Below are positions 15,041 to 30,350 of a stretch of 64,000 bases of DNA, in pieces. Origin of the DNA: the human T2T-CHM13v2.0 reference genome, Homo sapiens. Within the stretch, counting starts at the first letter, position 1. The number at the start of each line of letters is the position of its first letter. The notes under the pieces were generated by a model that ran no database searches, was not told the DNA's origin, and was given only the letters and a program-made list of their open reading frames with translations. The stretch lies in NCBI RefSeq assembly GCF_009914755.1, contig NC_060938.1. One strand, written 5' to 3'. Position numbers and translations under genes: made by a program.

Positions 15041-15309
15041 ATGTAATTACACATGTGCTCACCTGTGCATCCCAAATAACAATCAAGATACCAATGAATT
15101 ACACTTAAAAGTTTCCCTGTGTTCCTCTCATTCCTGCCTCCCAGTCATTTTCCTCTCACCATATTGAGTCAGTCATCTTTGTTACTTTAGATCTATTTTT
15201 CAAGATTTTGTTCAAGTGAAATCTTATAGTTTCAATTTCATTTGTGTGGTTTTTTGCACAGTATAATTACTTGTGAGCCAGTAATTTGGTTCTATATAAA
15301 TAATGTGTT

Positions 15310-15630
15310 TTTAAAATTATACTTTAAGTTCTGAGATGCATGTGGAGAACATGCAGGTTTGTTACATAGATATACATGTGCCATGCTGGTTTGCTGCACT
15401 CATCAACCTGTCATCTACATTAGGTATTTCTCCTAATGCTGTCCCTCCCCTTGCTCCCCACCCCGACAGGCCCTGGTGTGTGACATTCCCCTCCCTGTGT
15501 CCATGTGTTCTCACTGTTAAGATCCCACTTATGAGTGAGAACATGCGGTGTTTGGTTTCCTGTCCCTGTGATAGTTTTCTGACTATGATGGTTTCCAGCT
15601 TCATCCATGTCCCTGCAAAGGACATGAACT
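15310..15630 (-). mobile_element. 5'-truncated L1PA 3' end
   Basis: Minus [17 protein letters not shown]; flanked by similar aataatgtgtt / aagaatgtgtt (probable TSD). Confidence 0.85.
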
Positions 15631-15756
15631 AAAGAATGTGTTGATTCTAATGAGGAACAGTATTCCAGTTAATGAGTGCACCCTTACTATTTATTTATAA
15701 TGCTCCTTAATAGTTGTGTTAATTCCAGTTACTGAGTACTACAAATAAAGCTCCTA

Positions 15757-15996
<240 letters not shown>

Positions 15997-17379
15997 TTAC
16001 AGAAACAACTAACCTTACTGATCTGCAAATTAGCACATTTTCTTTAATATTTCAGATTATTGATGTTATAGGGCAAACAAGAAACCTTACATCTTGCAAA
16101 AGTCAGTCACTTGCAGGGATAAACAGGAAGAGAAAATGGCCTTATCTGGGGCAATGGCCAGCAAATGTCACATAAGCTAATGCAAGATTAAATTAGACAT
16201 ATTTATTACATTGTTTAAAATTGAGTATAATAAATAAGTTATTGTTTAAATTCTCAGAGAACATACAACTGAGAGATTCCTATTGCTATTGAAAACTTTT
16301 CTCCCAGGATTGAGGACACATTACAAAAAGCTCTTCCCTGTAGCTCCCAAGTTGGTTCTGTGCTGGAAAGAAAAACAGCAACTGCAGCTGAAATGCATCC
16401 AGACCCACCTCCACTGTCACCACTACATTGCTAAAGAATTAACATGCAGGGGCAAAGCCAGTAACACCTTTGTGTTACTGGTACTGGAGGAACTCATAGA
16501 AACTGGGATAGAAGAAAGAAAAGCTCCAAAGCCCTGTTCATTCTCTCAGGAATAACAGCCTCATCTCCCACCTCCTCTCTCTTTCTTCAGGAATAAAAGC
16601 CTCATCCTGCTGGGAAGGGCAGAAAAGAGGAAGCTGAAGACATCAGTGGGAAGACATAGTGGCTGCTGGAAGAAGATCTGGGAAAAAACAAGGAGACCCT
16701 CTACCCAGGAATGGGAGGAAGATGCATGGATCAGCATCACACCTGCAGGAGGGCAGGGCTACTTGGAAGGACACAACCTGAGCCAGGACTGCCATGTCTG
16801 CCTGCAGTATGGCTCCCTCAGAAGGACAGAGAGTGCCCGTTCAGTGCGACCCTTCCCACCACATTGACAATTGTCCGGTCCATGTGGCTTTAGAATGACC
16901 TGGGGGATTTGAAAGACAGAGTCTCTCTGGATAGCACAAGACTAAAGCCCAAAGCCAAGCAGGAAACAAAATTAAGGTGTTACTGGAGGAATCTGGGTGT
17001 CTGGTGGCTACAGAGGAAATGTACTTCAATTCTGGCAGCCACTGCAATAAGGACTTTCAAATGTAGTCCTGAGTAGTTTCACACAATTTTCTACAATAAA
17101 GGCCTAGAAAAGATATGGTGTTATCATCTATAAAAAATGCAAAAAATCATAAAACAAATAATTAGCTGATATAATAAATCTGATAGAAGTATCTGCAGAA
17201 CATAAATATCAAAATAACTTGCATAAATACATTAAAACATTTACACTTGATCCCATTGTTAGTCTATGCCTAACTTCATAAGAAATTGCCAATATGTGGT
17301 ATACCCAATACTATTATAACTAATACTATATTGATTTTATGCTTGTAACAAAGAGCACAGAGTAGGTTCTGTAAGAACT

Positions 17380-19170
17380 ATTAATGAAAAAGTCAACTTT
17401 GCAAAATATTTAGATTTATTCGAGCCAAATGTGAGGACCATGCCCTGTGACACAGCCCCAGAAGATCTTGAGAACGTGTGCCCAAAGTGGCTTGATTGCA
17501 GCTTAAATTTAATGTCTTAGAGAGAAAGACATCAGTCAATACATATGAGACATGTGTCGATTTGTTTCATAAAGATAAAAGAGCTACAAGTGAGGCAGTG
17601 TGGGGAGGGGATTACAGCTTACAGGTGAATTCAAAGATTTTCTGATTGAAAGACTTAACTTTTTATTTAAAGAGCTGAAATCAGTAGAAAAACGTTTCTG
17701 TGTTTGAAGGGGGCCAGCCCCTCCACAACTGTGGGTATTTCTCGTCAGGTGGGATGAGAGACTGAGAAAAGAAATAAGACACAGAGACAAAGTATAGAGA
17801 AAGAACAGTAGGCACAGGGGACCGGTGCTCAGCATACGGAGGACCCACACCGGCACCGGTCTCTGAGTTCCCTCAGTATTTATTGATTATTATTTTCACT
17901 ATCTCAGCAAGGGGAATGTGGCAGAACAGGGTGATAGTGGGGAGAAGGGCAGCAAGAAAACGTGTGAGCAAAGGAATCTGTGTCACAAATAAGTTCAAGG
18001 GAAGGTACTATCGCTGGATGTGCACATAGGCCAGATTTATGCTTCTCTCCACCCTAACATCTCAGTGTAGTAAAGAGTAACAGAGGAGCATTGCTGCCAA
18101 CATGTCTCACCTCCAGCCACAGGGTGGTTTTCTCCTATCTCAGAATAGAACAAATGTACAATTGGGTTTTATACCGAGACATTCCATTCCCAGGGACATG
18201 CAGGAGACAGAGGCCTTCCTCTTTTACTAATCCTCCTCAGCATAGACCCTTCACGGTTGTCAGGCTGGGGGACGGTCAGGTCTTTTCCATCCCACGAGGC
18301 CATATCTTAGGCTGTCTCAGTGGGGAGAAATGTTGGACAATACCCGGCTTCCCTGGGCAGAGGTCCCTGTGGCTTTCTGCACTGCATTGTTACCCTTGGT
18401 TAATCAAGAATGGAGAATGGTGATGACTTTTACCAAGCATACTGCCTGTAAACATATTGTTAACAAGGCACATCCTGCACAGCCCTAGATCCCTTAAACT
18501 TTGATTCCATACAACATATGTTTCTGTGAGCACAAGGTTGGGGCAAAAGTTACAGATTAACAGCATCTCAAGGCAAAACAATTCTTCAGGGTACAGATCA
18601 AAATGGAGTTTCTTACGTCTTCCTTTTCTACATAGAGTAACAGTCTGATCTCTCTTTTCCCTACATAGGTTAGGATAACGGGTTTTGGAGAACAAGATTC
18701 TTATTATGTAGATGAATTCTCTTATGTGGCCACCGTTAGAGGCAGTAGATAGCAAATGTTTTCTACTATGACATTTAAAAGATGCTAGACTCTCAGCTAA
18801 TCTAACAACTAGACCTGGAAAGGGAAGGAGATTCGCTACAGAACGTAAATTTCTCTCTCAAAAGATAACTGTGCAGGGTGATTTTAAAATATGTCAAATA
18901 AATATATTTTAGGGTAAAAGTCTTTGATTCTTTTCAAGGTCTGCTCTCTGTCATGTGATCCTATTCTTGAGTCAGGTTAGAATTTGGTATCTTACTGCTG
19001 CAAAGAATCTGTTTTCTGAGTCTTAAGATCTGTTTTAATGAAAAATACTGGTTAGTTGTGCTTGAATTCCAAAGGGAGGAGGGTATAATGAGGCATTTCT
19101 GAACCTCTATTTCTCACATGAACTGCACTACGTTTTCAAGAGTCTCTGGAACTCCTTTTTGACAAGAAAG
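17380..19170 (-). mobile_element. MER4-group ERV1 LTR split by an LTR5 insertion
   Basis: agatttattcgagccaaatgtgaggaccatg...cttgagaacgtgtgcccaa motifs on the left; related sequence resumes after 18665. Confidence 0.6.
17705..18665 (-). mobile_element. Solo HERV-K HML-2 LTR (LTR5A/B-like)
   Basis: 961 bp; minus strand starts tgtagggaaaagagagatcagactgttac and ends ggctggcccccttca; degenerate 6-bp TSD tgtgtt/taggtt. Confidence 0.9.
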
Positions 19171-20509
19171 GGTACATTCAGGGAATGTGCAATTAGCTGG
19201 ATTCCCCTGCATTGCTGTTTTTTAATACCTAATTTATATAGATACATGAGTTCAAAATCTTTATGGGGTATATATTTTGATAAAAGATTATTATATGCAG
19301 TGATTAAATCTGGATAACTGGTATATCTTTCATCTCCATCATTGATTATTTCTTTGTGTTAACAATTCTAAATCTTCTCTTCTAGCTGTTTTGTAATATA
19401 CACTAAATTATTAACTGTACATGTCTATGTGCCATTTCAGCATTACCACCAGCAAAGAGTGAATGTTCCTGTTTTTCAACTTCCTCATCACCATTTGGTA
19501 TTATCTATATTGTGTATTTTACCCATCCTCATAAGATAGTAGTATTTTTTGAATATTAAACATGCATATACCTAATGAAAATGAAGTTGATCTCTTTATA
19601 TTTATTTTTAGATGCGATTTCTATTCAGATCTTTGCCCATTTTAAAATTAATTTGTGTGGTTTTGTTGTTGTTCAATTGTAAGGTAATTTGTACATTTGT
19701 GATAAAAGTCATTTTCCAAATATTTGATTTGCAAGCAAATTCTCCAAATCTAAGACTTATGTTTTCACTTTCATGTAAGGGTTTATTTTCAAAGGCCTAA
19801 GCTTGCTAGAGTAAGCCATGGCCGTAGGATTATGGAACACATTTCTCTCCACATCTTACAATGACATCGCTAAAGGCCTCTTTACAGCAGTTTCTTTTAC
19901 CTGGTACATAATTTCTGGCTAAAAAAATCACGAGACATACTAAAAGAAAAATATCACAGTGTAATGAGACAGAACAAGCATTAGAATGAGACTCAGCTAC
20001 GTCATGTAAGTTGGAATTACCAAACAAGGAATTTAAGACCCCGCTATAACTCATATGCTAAGGGCTGTGATGAGTTAAGCAGAGGGCATCCAGGAACAGT
20101 TGTGTTATGCAAGTCGAAATATGCAAACTCTTAAAAAGCAAAAAAATGTAGATATCAAGAATATTGTAACAGAATTAAGCAATGCTTTCAATGGACTTAT
20201 ATGTAGACGCAGCATGGCTGAGGAAAAAAATCTGAAATTAAAAATATCTCAGTAGCAATGTCCCAAACTGAAAATGGAGAAATATTTTTTTTAAAAAGTA
20301 AACACACAAATACACACACAAACATACAAGTACACAAATACACACCCATAAGAAACCAGAACAGCTTATCCAAGAATTGTGAGACAATTATAAGGGTATA
20401 ACATGGGAAAGAGAAGGAACAGAGAAAGGTTAAGAAGAAATATTTAAAGCAATGATGACTGACAATTTTTCCAAATTAATGTCAATCACCAAACTACAGA
20501 CTCGGGATT

Positions 20510-21200
20510 ATGATCATTTCATCTACAGAGATGGTTTGACATCCTCTCTTCCGGTTCTGATGCTTTTCTTTCTCTTGCCTGCACGCTCTGGCTGGGACCT
20601 CCATGACTATGATGAACAGGAGTGGTTAGAGTGGGAATGCTTTTCTTGTTCCAGTTTTCAGGGAAAACTGCTTCCAGCTTTTGCCCATTCAGTATGATTT
20701 TGGCTGTGGGTTCATGATAGATGGTTATTATTTTGAGGTATGTTTCTTCATGCCTAGTTGAGGGTTTTGGATATGAAACAATGTTAAATTTCATTGAATA
20801 CCTTTTCTATGTCCATTGATAGCATGGTTTTGTTTTTAGTTCTGTTTATGAGACGAATCACACTTACTGATTTGCGTATATGAACCAACCTTGCATCCTA
20901 GGAACAAAGTCTACTTGATCATGGTGGATTAGCTTTTTGATGTGCTGCTGTGGTCAGTTTGCTAGTATTTCATTGAGCATTTTTGCATCATGAATATTGG
21001 CCCAAAGTTATCTTTTTTTTTAGTCTCTGCCAGGTTTTGTTATCAGAATAATGCTGGTCTCACAGAATAATTTAGGGAGGAGTCCCTTATCCTAATTTTT
21101 GGGGAATAGTTTCACTAGGATTGGTAGCAACTCTTCTTTATACATCCGAATAAATTCAGCTGTGAATCTTTCTGGTCCATGGCTTTTTCTGGTTGGTACC
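20510..21200 (-). mobile_element. L1 ORF2 (RT) fragment
   Basis: Minus ORF TYLKII...PTAKIILNGQKLEA. Confidence 0.8.
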
Positions 21201-21739
21201 ACCTATCCATCTTGATTTGTGACCCCTGCCTGAGCCAGTAATAATCACATTAAATTCAGACAAAGCTGAATCCAATCCAATGTTTTTATAGTTCTTAACA
21301 GCTTTACTGGCTCACTTAACTTCAGTGAACATTTCCTCACCCAAAACAGTTTCACTACCAATAATATTTAAGGATTTCCACTGGATTTGTTTTTCATGTC
21401 ATCCAGTGATGCAACTACTTAAAACAATGTTGACTTCTCTACATGCACAATAATCATCCTACTATTGTTGAATGGGCCAGCAACCCTCTACTCCTGCTTC
21501 TTCCATCTGCACAGCTGCCTGCAAGACCTCCCTGGAACTCAGGTCTCTATTGTAGGGCAAACTTTGAGAAATGTCACATCTACTCAGTGCTACAAATAGA
21601 AAAAGCTAATGGAAGCTCCTCTGCCCACTGACATGTTAGGCCTGTAATGTATCCCAGAGCCTCCCTTTATCCCCACACCTATCCCAGAGCCTCCATTTAT
21701 GTCACTGCCAATGAATTTTGTGTTATTTTAAAATATAAT

Positions 21740-22528
21740 TTTAATAGACAATAATTGTAACTATTCATGAGGTACATAGTGATGTTTTGATACATATAAT
21801 GCATAGGGGTCAGATTAGGGTAATTAGCACATCCATCATCTCAAACCATTTCTTTTTGTTAGGAACACTCAGTATCCTTCTTCTAACTATTTAAAACTAC
21901 ATATTATTGTTAACCGTATCATCCTACAGTGGTAAAGATCATTATAATCTATTCCTCCTCCCTAGCTCTAATTTTGTATTATTTAACAAATCTCTGCCTA
22001 TCTCGTCCTTTACCCTACCCTTCCCAGCGTCTGGTATCCTCTGTTCTATTCTTTACTTCTAGGAGACCATTTTTTTTTAAGTATCCACCTATGAGTGAGA
22101 AAACAAGGTGTATTACTTTCTGTCCCTGGCTTAGTTCATTTAACATAATGTCCTCCAGTTCCATCCTCATTGCCACAAATAACATGATTTCATTTCTTAT
22201 GGCTGATGAGTACTTCGTCATGTATATGCACCACATCATCTTTAACCATTATTCTCTTGTGTTCAACACCTGTGTTGATTCCATATCTTGGCTATTGTGA
22301 AAGGTCCTGCCACATACACTGGGGTGCAGAATTCTCTGATACAATGATTTTCATTCCTTTGGATAAATTTGCAGTAGTGGAATTGCTGGATCATACGGTA
22401 GTTCTATTTGTAGTTTTTTGAGGTACCTCCACACTGCTCTCCATAGTGACTGTACTAGTTTACATTCTCCTCAACAATGCATAAGAGTTTTCTTTTCTCT
22501 GTATCCTTACGAGCATTGGTTAGTGTTT

Positions 22529-22565
<37 letters not shown>

Positions 22566-23245
22566 AATATGAGCCATGTTAACTGAGGTGAGATGATACC
22601 TTCTACCATCCTGCAGGTTGTTTACTCACCATGTTGATTATTTCTTTTTCTGTGCAGAAGATTTTTACTTAAGTCCTGTTTGTCTGTGTTTTCATTGCAT
22701 TTGCTTTTGAAATCTTAGTCATGTTTTATTTGCCTAGGCCAATGTCCAGAGAACTTTTTTTTTGCATTTTCTTCAAGTATTTTTGTAGATTCAGTTTATA
22801 TTTTTAAGTGTTGAATCCATATTCACTTAATTTTTGTCTATTGTGAGATAGAAGTCTGGTTTTATTCTTCTTTGTGTGGCTGCCCAATTTTCCAAGCACC
22901 ACTTATTGAATAAAGGGTTGTTTCTCCAGTGTATATTTTTTGTCAGTTTTGTCAAATAACAGGTGGTCGTAGATATTTGGCTTTATTTCTGGGCTGTCTG
23001 TTGTGTTACATCAATTTTTATTTTTTGTCACTACGATGATGTCATTCTTATTATATCTGTGTAGTATAATTTGAAGTCCGGCAATGTGGTGCTTCCAGCT
23101 TTGTTACTTTTCCTTAGGGTTGCTTTTGATGTTCAAGCTCTTTTTTGATTCCATATAAATTTTATGGTTTTTTAAAATATGTAATCAATTATATTGGTTA
23201 CTTAATAGAAATTGCATTGAATCTGTATATTGCTTTGGACAGTGT
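21740..23245 (-). mobile_element. Old L1 3' portion containing a (TG)n tract at about 22533-22563
   Basis: Minus ORF KYSSAIRNEIMLFVAMRMELEDIMLNELSQ. Confidence 0.75.
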
Positions 23246-23269
23246 ACTAGTCTATTTGGCTTATTTGGC

Positions 23270-23610
23270 TGATAGTTCTGCAGGCTAAGTGAGAAGCATG
23301 GCATCAGCATCTGCATCATGTGATGGCCTCAGAAAGCTTACAGTCATGGTGGAAGGCAAAGGGGAAACAGGCTGTGTTACATGGTGAGAGGGAGGACATG
23401 AAAGGGGAGGATGGTTGCTAGATTATTTTGAAAATCAGATCTCACAGTAGATAATACAGAAATAATTCACTAATTACCATGGGGTGGATACCAAGCCATT
23501 CCTGAAGGATCTTTCCCCATGTCTCAAAACCTCCCAGTCGGCCCCACCGCAAATGCTGTGAATCACATTTCACCTTGAGATTTAGCAGGGACCATCATCT
23601 AAACTATACC
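23270..23610. mobile_element. MST-type MaLR LTR
   Basis: agttctgcaggct...gaagcatggc...agcttacagtcatggtggaaggcaaagggg. Confidence 0.7.
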
Positions 23611-23792
23611 ATTTTACTCTTGTGTCCTGATCTCATGTCCTTCTTAGATTGCAAAGTCATCTTTTTTTTAATAGTTTTTTTAATAGTGACCAAACTCTTC
23701 ACTTGGTCAACCTCCGACTGAAAATACCAAAGTCTCCTCTGAGTCTTAAGGCAATTTCTCTGCAGCTATGAGCTTGCAAAATGTTTTAAACA

Positions 23793-24079
23793 GGCTGGGC
23801 GTGGCAGCTCACGCCTGTAATCCCAGCACTTTGGGAGGCCGAGGCGGGTGGATCACGAAGTCAGGAGATCAAGACCATCCTGGCTAATACAGTGAAACCC
23901 TGTCTCTACTAAAAATACAAAAATTAGTCGGGCGTGGTGATGAGCGCCTGTAATCCCAGCTACTCGGGAGGCTGAGGCAGTGAAGCCAGGAGACAGGGGT
24001 TGCGGTGAGCCGAGATCGCGCCACTGCACTCCAGCCTGGGCGACAGAGCAAGACTCCGTCTCAAAAAAAAAAAAAAAAA
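23793..24079 (+). mobile_element. Alu (Sc/Y-like)
   Basis: Dimer, polyA, TSD aaaatgttttaaaca / aaaaagttttaaaca; absent from copy A. Confidence 0.92.
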
Positions 24080-27000
24080 GTTTTAAACAGTTGTTTACTT
24101 CCAAGGTGCAATAGTGCCACAGGAATTGGGTAAATATTGTCAATACAAAAGGAATAAATTGGCCAAAGGAACTGCCAACAGGCTCTAGACACACCTAAAG
24201 CCTAGTAAGGCAGATATTAAATCTTAAAGCTACAAAATAGTCTCTCTTGACTTTATGTACTTCCACCAGGGCACACTAGGACAAAGGGGGTCCCAAAAAC
24301 CTCAGGAATATCATCCCTGTAGCTGGGCACAGCCCATGGTGCTGCTTTCACAGGTTAGAGTCAAGTGCCAGAAGGTTTTCCAGGCTGAGAGGACAAGCTG
24401 CCTTTGACTCTACCATTCTGGGATCTTGAGGGTTGTGGCCACATTCCCACAGCTTTACTATGAAGTGCCCTAGTGGGGACTCTGAATGGGGGTTCCGACC
24501 CCATCTTTCCCCATCTTTGGTATTGTCCTAATAGACACTGTCTGTGGTGGCTCCACTCCTGCAGCAGGCTTCTTCCTTGGCATATAGGGTTCTCCATGCA
24601 CATCTTCTGAAATCTAGGTAGAAGCTGCCCAACCTCCTTCACTCTTGCATTCTGCATATCTGCCAGAATCCATTTATTGAATAGAGTTTTTTCCCCATTG
24701 CTTGTTTTGTCAGCCTTATCAAATATCAGATGGTTGCAAGCATGCAGCTTTATTTCTGCTTTCTCTTTTGTTCCACTTTTTCTGCATGTCTGCCCTTTTA
24801 CCAGTACCAAGCTGTTTTTGTTACCATGACTTTATGGTGTAGTTTAAATTCAGTACCATGATGCCTCTGGCATTGTTCTTTTTGCTTAGGATTGCTGTGG
24901 CTATTCAGGGTCTTTTTTTTATTCCATATAAATTTTAGAATTTTTTTTCTATTTATCTGAAGAATGCTGGTGAGAGTTTTATGTAAATAGCATTGAATCT
25001 GTAAATTGCTTTGGGCAGTATGACAATTTTTACAATATCAATTCTTCCAATCCATGAGTATGAAATGTTTTCACATTTATTTCTGTCATTTGTGATTTCT
25101 TTCTGCTGTGTTTGGTAGTTCTCCTTATACAGTTCTTTCACCTTGTTTTTTACCTGTATTTTCAGGCACTTCATTTTTTGTGAGCATTGTAAGTGGGACA
25201 GGATTGTGTTCTTGATTTCACTCTCAGCTTGGATGTGGTTGGGATATAGAAATGCTGGAGACTTTTGTACATTGATTTTTGTATCCTGAGACTTTACCAA
25301 AGTTGTTTATCTCTCTTGAATTATTTTGTCAGAGTCTTTAGAATTTTATAGGTATAGAATTTTATCATCAGTTTGGACAGATACATTGCATTCTTTTCCC
25401 ATTTGGATGCTGCATTAGTCCATTCTCACACTACAAAGAAACACACAGGAGTGAGTAATTTATAAAGATATTTAATTCTTTAATTTAATTTAATTCATGG
25501 TTCTGCAGGCTGTACAGGAAGCATGGCTGGGGAGGCCTGGGGAACCTGACAATCATGACAGAATGGGAAACATCATGTCTTACATGGCTGCAGCAGGAGG
25601 AAGAGATAAGGGAGAGGTACCACACACTTTGAAACCAGATCTCCTGAGAGCTCTGTCAGGAGAACAGCATGAGAGAGGAAAACACATCCCCATGATCTAA
25701 TCATCCTTCACCAGACGCCACCTCCAACATTGGTGGTTACAATTCGACATGCTATTTGGGTGGGGACACAAATCCAAACCATATCAGCTGCCTTTTATTT
25801 TTGTTATTGCCTGGTTCCTCGGACTAGGATTTCTAATACTATGTTCAATAGGAGTGGTGAGACGGCATCCTTGTCTTTTTTCAATTCTCAAGGGGTTTGA
25901 ACTTTTGCTTATTCAGTATGATGTTGACTGTGGTTTGTCATAGATAGCTCTTATAATTTCGAGGTATATTTTTCTGATGCCTAGTCTGTTGAGGGTTTTT
26001 ATTATGAGTGGATGTTGGATGCTATTAAAAGCTTTCTCAGCATCTATTGAGATAATCTATGTTTTTCGCTTTTATTTTGCTTACATAGTGAATCAGTTAC
26101 TGATTTTTGGATGTTGAATGAAACTTGCCTTCCAGGGGTAAAGCCTACTTGATCATGATGTATCACATTTTAAAGTGCTTCTGGATTCTATTTGCTAGTA
26201 TTTTGCTCAGAACTTTTAGGTCTATGTTCACCAGGAATATTCATCTGATGTTTTCTTTTTTAATTATGTGTCTTCCTAATTTTGTATGCCAAGAACACAC
26301 AGTGAAGAAAGGACAGTCTCCTCAATCAATGGTGTAGAAAATGGTCATGCATGTGCAAAAAAAAAATGAAATGAAACTAGACCTTCTCTAACACCATATA
26401 CAAAAATCAACTAAAAATGAACATAACCTGAAACCATAAATCATAGACAACATGGAAAAATATTCGTCATTGATTCAGAAATTATTTGAATTTAATACCA
26501 AAAGCAAGCACAGTAAAAAAAACTATGTGCAATTATATATCTAACAAGAAGTTCCACCCAAATATATAAATTAACCATACAACTCAACAGCAAATATCAA
26601 CTGACCTAATACAGAGGGCAAAAACCTGGTTAGATTTTTTTTCAGAAGACCCACAGATGAAAAACAGATCCTAAAAAGGTACTCAACATTCCTAATTATC
26701 AGGGGAATTCAAATAAAAAGCCCAATGAGATATCACCTCACACCACTTAAAATGGTTATTATCAGCAAGACAAAAGATAACAAATGTTGGCAAGAATGTG
26801 GTGAAGAGGGTATCCTTATATCGTATGGTAAGATTGGTTAGTCAATAAATTGAAAAATAAAGCTATCATATGACCTGGTGATCCCACTTCTTGTTATATC
26901 GTCAAAGGAAATAAAATTATGATGTCAAATACATGTTAATTGCAAGATTATTTATAATAGTGTAGATTTGTGAAAGAATTTAATGACCATAGATTGATGA

Positions 27001-27679
27001 CTGTATAAAGAAAATGTATATATATAAACTGAATTTCATTTGGCTTTCAAAAAAAAAAAGGAAATTCTGACATTTGCAACAACACGGATGGAGCTAGAGG
27101 ACATGGTGCTAAGTGGAATAAGCCAGATGCCGAAAGACAAATGCTTCACGATGTCATCTGCATGTAGGATCTAAAATATCCAAGTTCTTGATAGCAGCGA
27201 GTAGAGTACTGGGTCCCACGACCTGGGAGGAGAGGGAAATTGGGTGATATCGGTCAAAGGGCACAGAGTTTCAGTTGTGCAAGCTGAATCATTTCTGGAG
27301 ATCTAATGCACAGCAATGTTCCTGTATTTAATACTATATTGTAAAAGTGATTTTTGCTAAGAGTAGGTCTTAGGTGTTGTTATCAGACACACATACACAC
27401 ACAAGCTCTACATTTAAAAAAAATTAAACGGTAGCTCTGTGAGAAGATGGATATGCAAATTACCTTGACTATGATGAGCATTTTACAATGTATATCTGAT
27501 ATGCTTTGGATCTGTGTCCTACCCCAAATCTCACGTCGTATTATAATCCTCAATTGTGGAAGTGTGACCTGGTTGGAGGTGACTGGGTCATGGCGTGGGT
27601 CCTTCATGAATGGTTTAGAACTGACTCCTGGTGCTGTTTTCATGACAATGCATGAGTTGAGTTCTCACAAGTCAATTAA

Positions 27680-28010
<331 letters not shown>

Positions 28011-29132
28011 TCAGGCATTTCTTTATAGCAGTGTTAGAATGGACTAATACAATATCAAAACATCAATTGGTGCACCTTAAACATATATATTATAAAAATA
28101 TTTCAATTATGCCTCAATACCACTGAAAAAAATTAAACTTACTCTTAGAATAAAGAAATACATACTTCATATTTTCTCAATAAAAATAGAACATCAGAAA
28201 ACTTACACTAAGATATTTGTAACAGCTCTGCATATAATATTCATAAACTGGACACAAATTTAAAGTCCACTGACATAAAAATAAATGAAAATATTGTCAT
28301 TTATTTACTTAATGGACTGACTCAGATATAAAATATCTCTGCTTCCTCTCTTTCTCTCTCTCTCTTTCCATGTACATGAAAATTTTGGTGGTTCATATCA
28401 CAGTCTGTCTATGAATTGAATAAACGACAATATGTTGATCTAATTTTATACATTAGCTAGCATGAATTAACCTCAAAAATAGAAAAGTAGCCCCTTACCA
28501 AAAAAAGTCTATAATGTTTGATTCCATTTATATAAAGTTCAAAGCAGAATAAAATACATCTATAGTGTCAGAAATCGAAACCTTTCCCCATGCAGGATTT
28601 GACCACAGGCATAGAAAAAGACGCATGTTTTGGGGAGAGACTTGCTCTTCAGGCTACCTTAGGTGCTGGGGACAAAGGTATTCACATTTGCCAGAAACTC
28701 TCTAGTGACACATTTCAGATCTATGCATTTTTTCTTATGTGTGAATTTTATCTCATAAAAACAAAAAAAGTAGAAAAGTTTGAAATTCAGTAAATAGTAA
28801 AATTAATATTAAAATCCTATCTAAAATATGAACATTATTATATGAATTAATAAAAGGCATTCCAGTATACCTACTAAAATTAAATCCCAGATATCAAAAA
28901 GATAATGCTAGCATCTGAAACTTAAATAATTATAAGCATACATTTTATAGAGAAGGAAAAAATACTCAAGACATGGGGAACATGTATTTTTTCCAATCAA
29001 ATGTCACTAAATTATGTATACAATATTGTAACCTGTGTCATTAGTATAAATTACTAATATTTTGAGTAATATTACAACTGAGAACAACTTTAAAAGGAAA
29101 AAGGATATTTGAGAGCACATGAACTGAATTGA

Positions 29133-29486
<354 letters not shown>

Positions 29487-30036
29487 CACAAACGTTTATA
29501 AAAAACCTACTTTGCACCAGGCATTGTGCTAGGCACCCTCACTGTGTGCTGTTCCCGCACCACAATCATCCGCTCAGAAATTAAAACCAAGAAAAGGAAC
29601 ATTGTCGCAACCATACAAACTGGGGGGCAGAGGGCAATATCGTGGATGCAGGTGATCCCCAGGCCAGAAAATGTACCCACCAGAAACCTGTTTGCCATCT
29701 CGATAAGTCTCCACTAAACAGTTGTTTTAAAGCCTCTCGTTATTGACGGAGAGGAATGTTGTTCTCCCTGTGCCCCCTGGGCCTGGCGCCTGATGGACAT
29801 TCAAATACCCTGAATGCTATTCGATAAAAGGAGCCCGATGACCTGGTGTAAAGAATATCAATATTTGGATTAGAAAGTGCTTTTTTTCAGTTCATATGGT
29901 TTCAACAGCCCTTATGAAAAATATAAACATCCCTGGCCTGACTGTGTAAATGTTGAAGGTAGACCTAGTTCTGGATTCCTGAGTCAAAATCTTCCAGTTG
30001 TCCACAACCTCACAAGGCCAGAGAAGCGAGAGGAAA

Positions 30037-30350
30037 TTTTTCTTTTTCTTTTTTTTTTTTTTTTTTTGAGATGGAGTCTCGCTCTGTTGCCCAGGCTGGA
30101 GGACAGTGGTGCGATCTCGGCTCACAGCAAACTCTCTCTCCTGGTTCAAGCGATTCCCCTGCACCAGCCTCCCAAGTAGGTGGGACTACAGGTGCTTGCC
30201 ACCAAGCCTGGCTAATTTTTTGTATTTTAGTACAGACAGGGAGGGTTTCACCATGTTGGCCAAGATGCTCTCGGTCTCCTGACCTCGTGATCCTCCCGCG
30301 CTTCGACCTCCCAAAGTGCTGGGATTACAGGCGTGAGACACTGTGCCTGG
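30037..30350 (-). mobile_element. Alu within the HOMER2 retrocopy 3'UTR
   Basis: PolyT plus dimer; positionally equivalent to the Alu at 6371-6667. Confidence 0.9.
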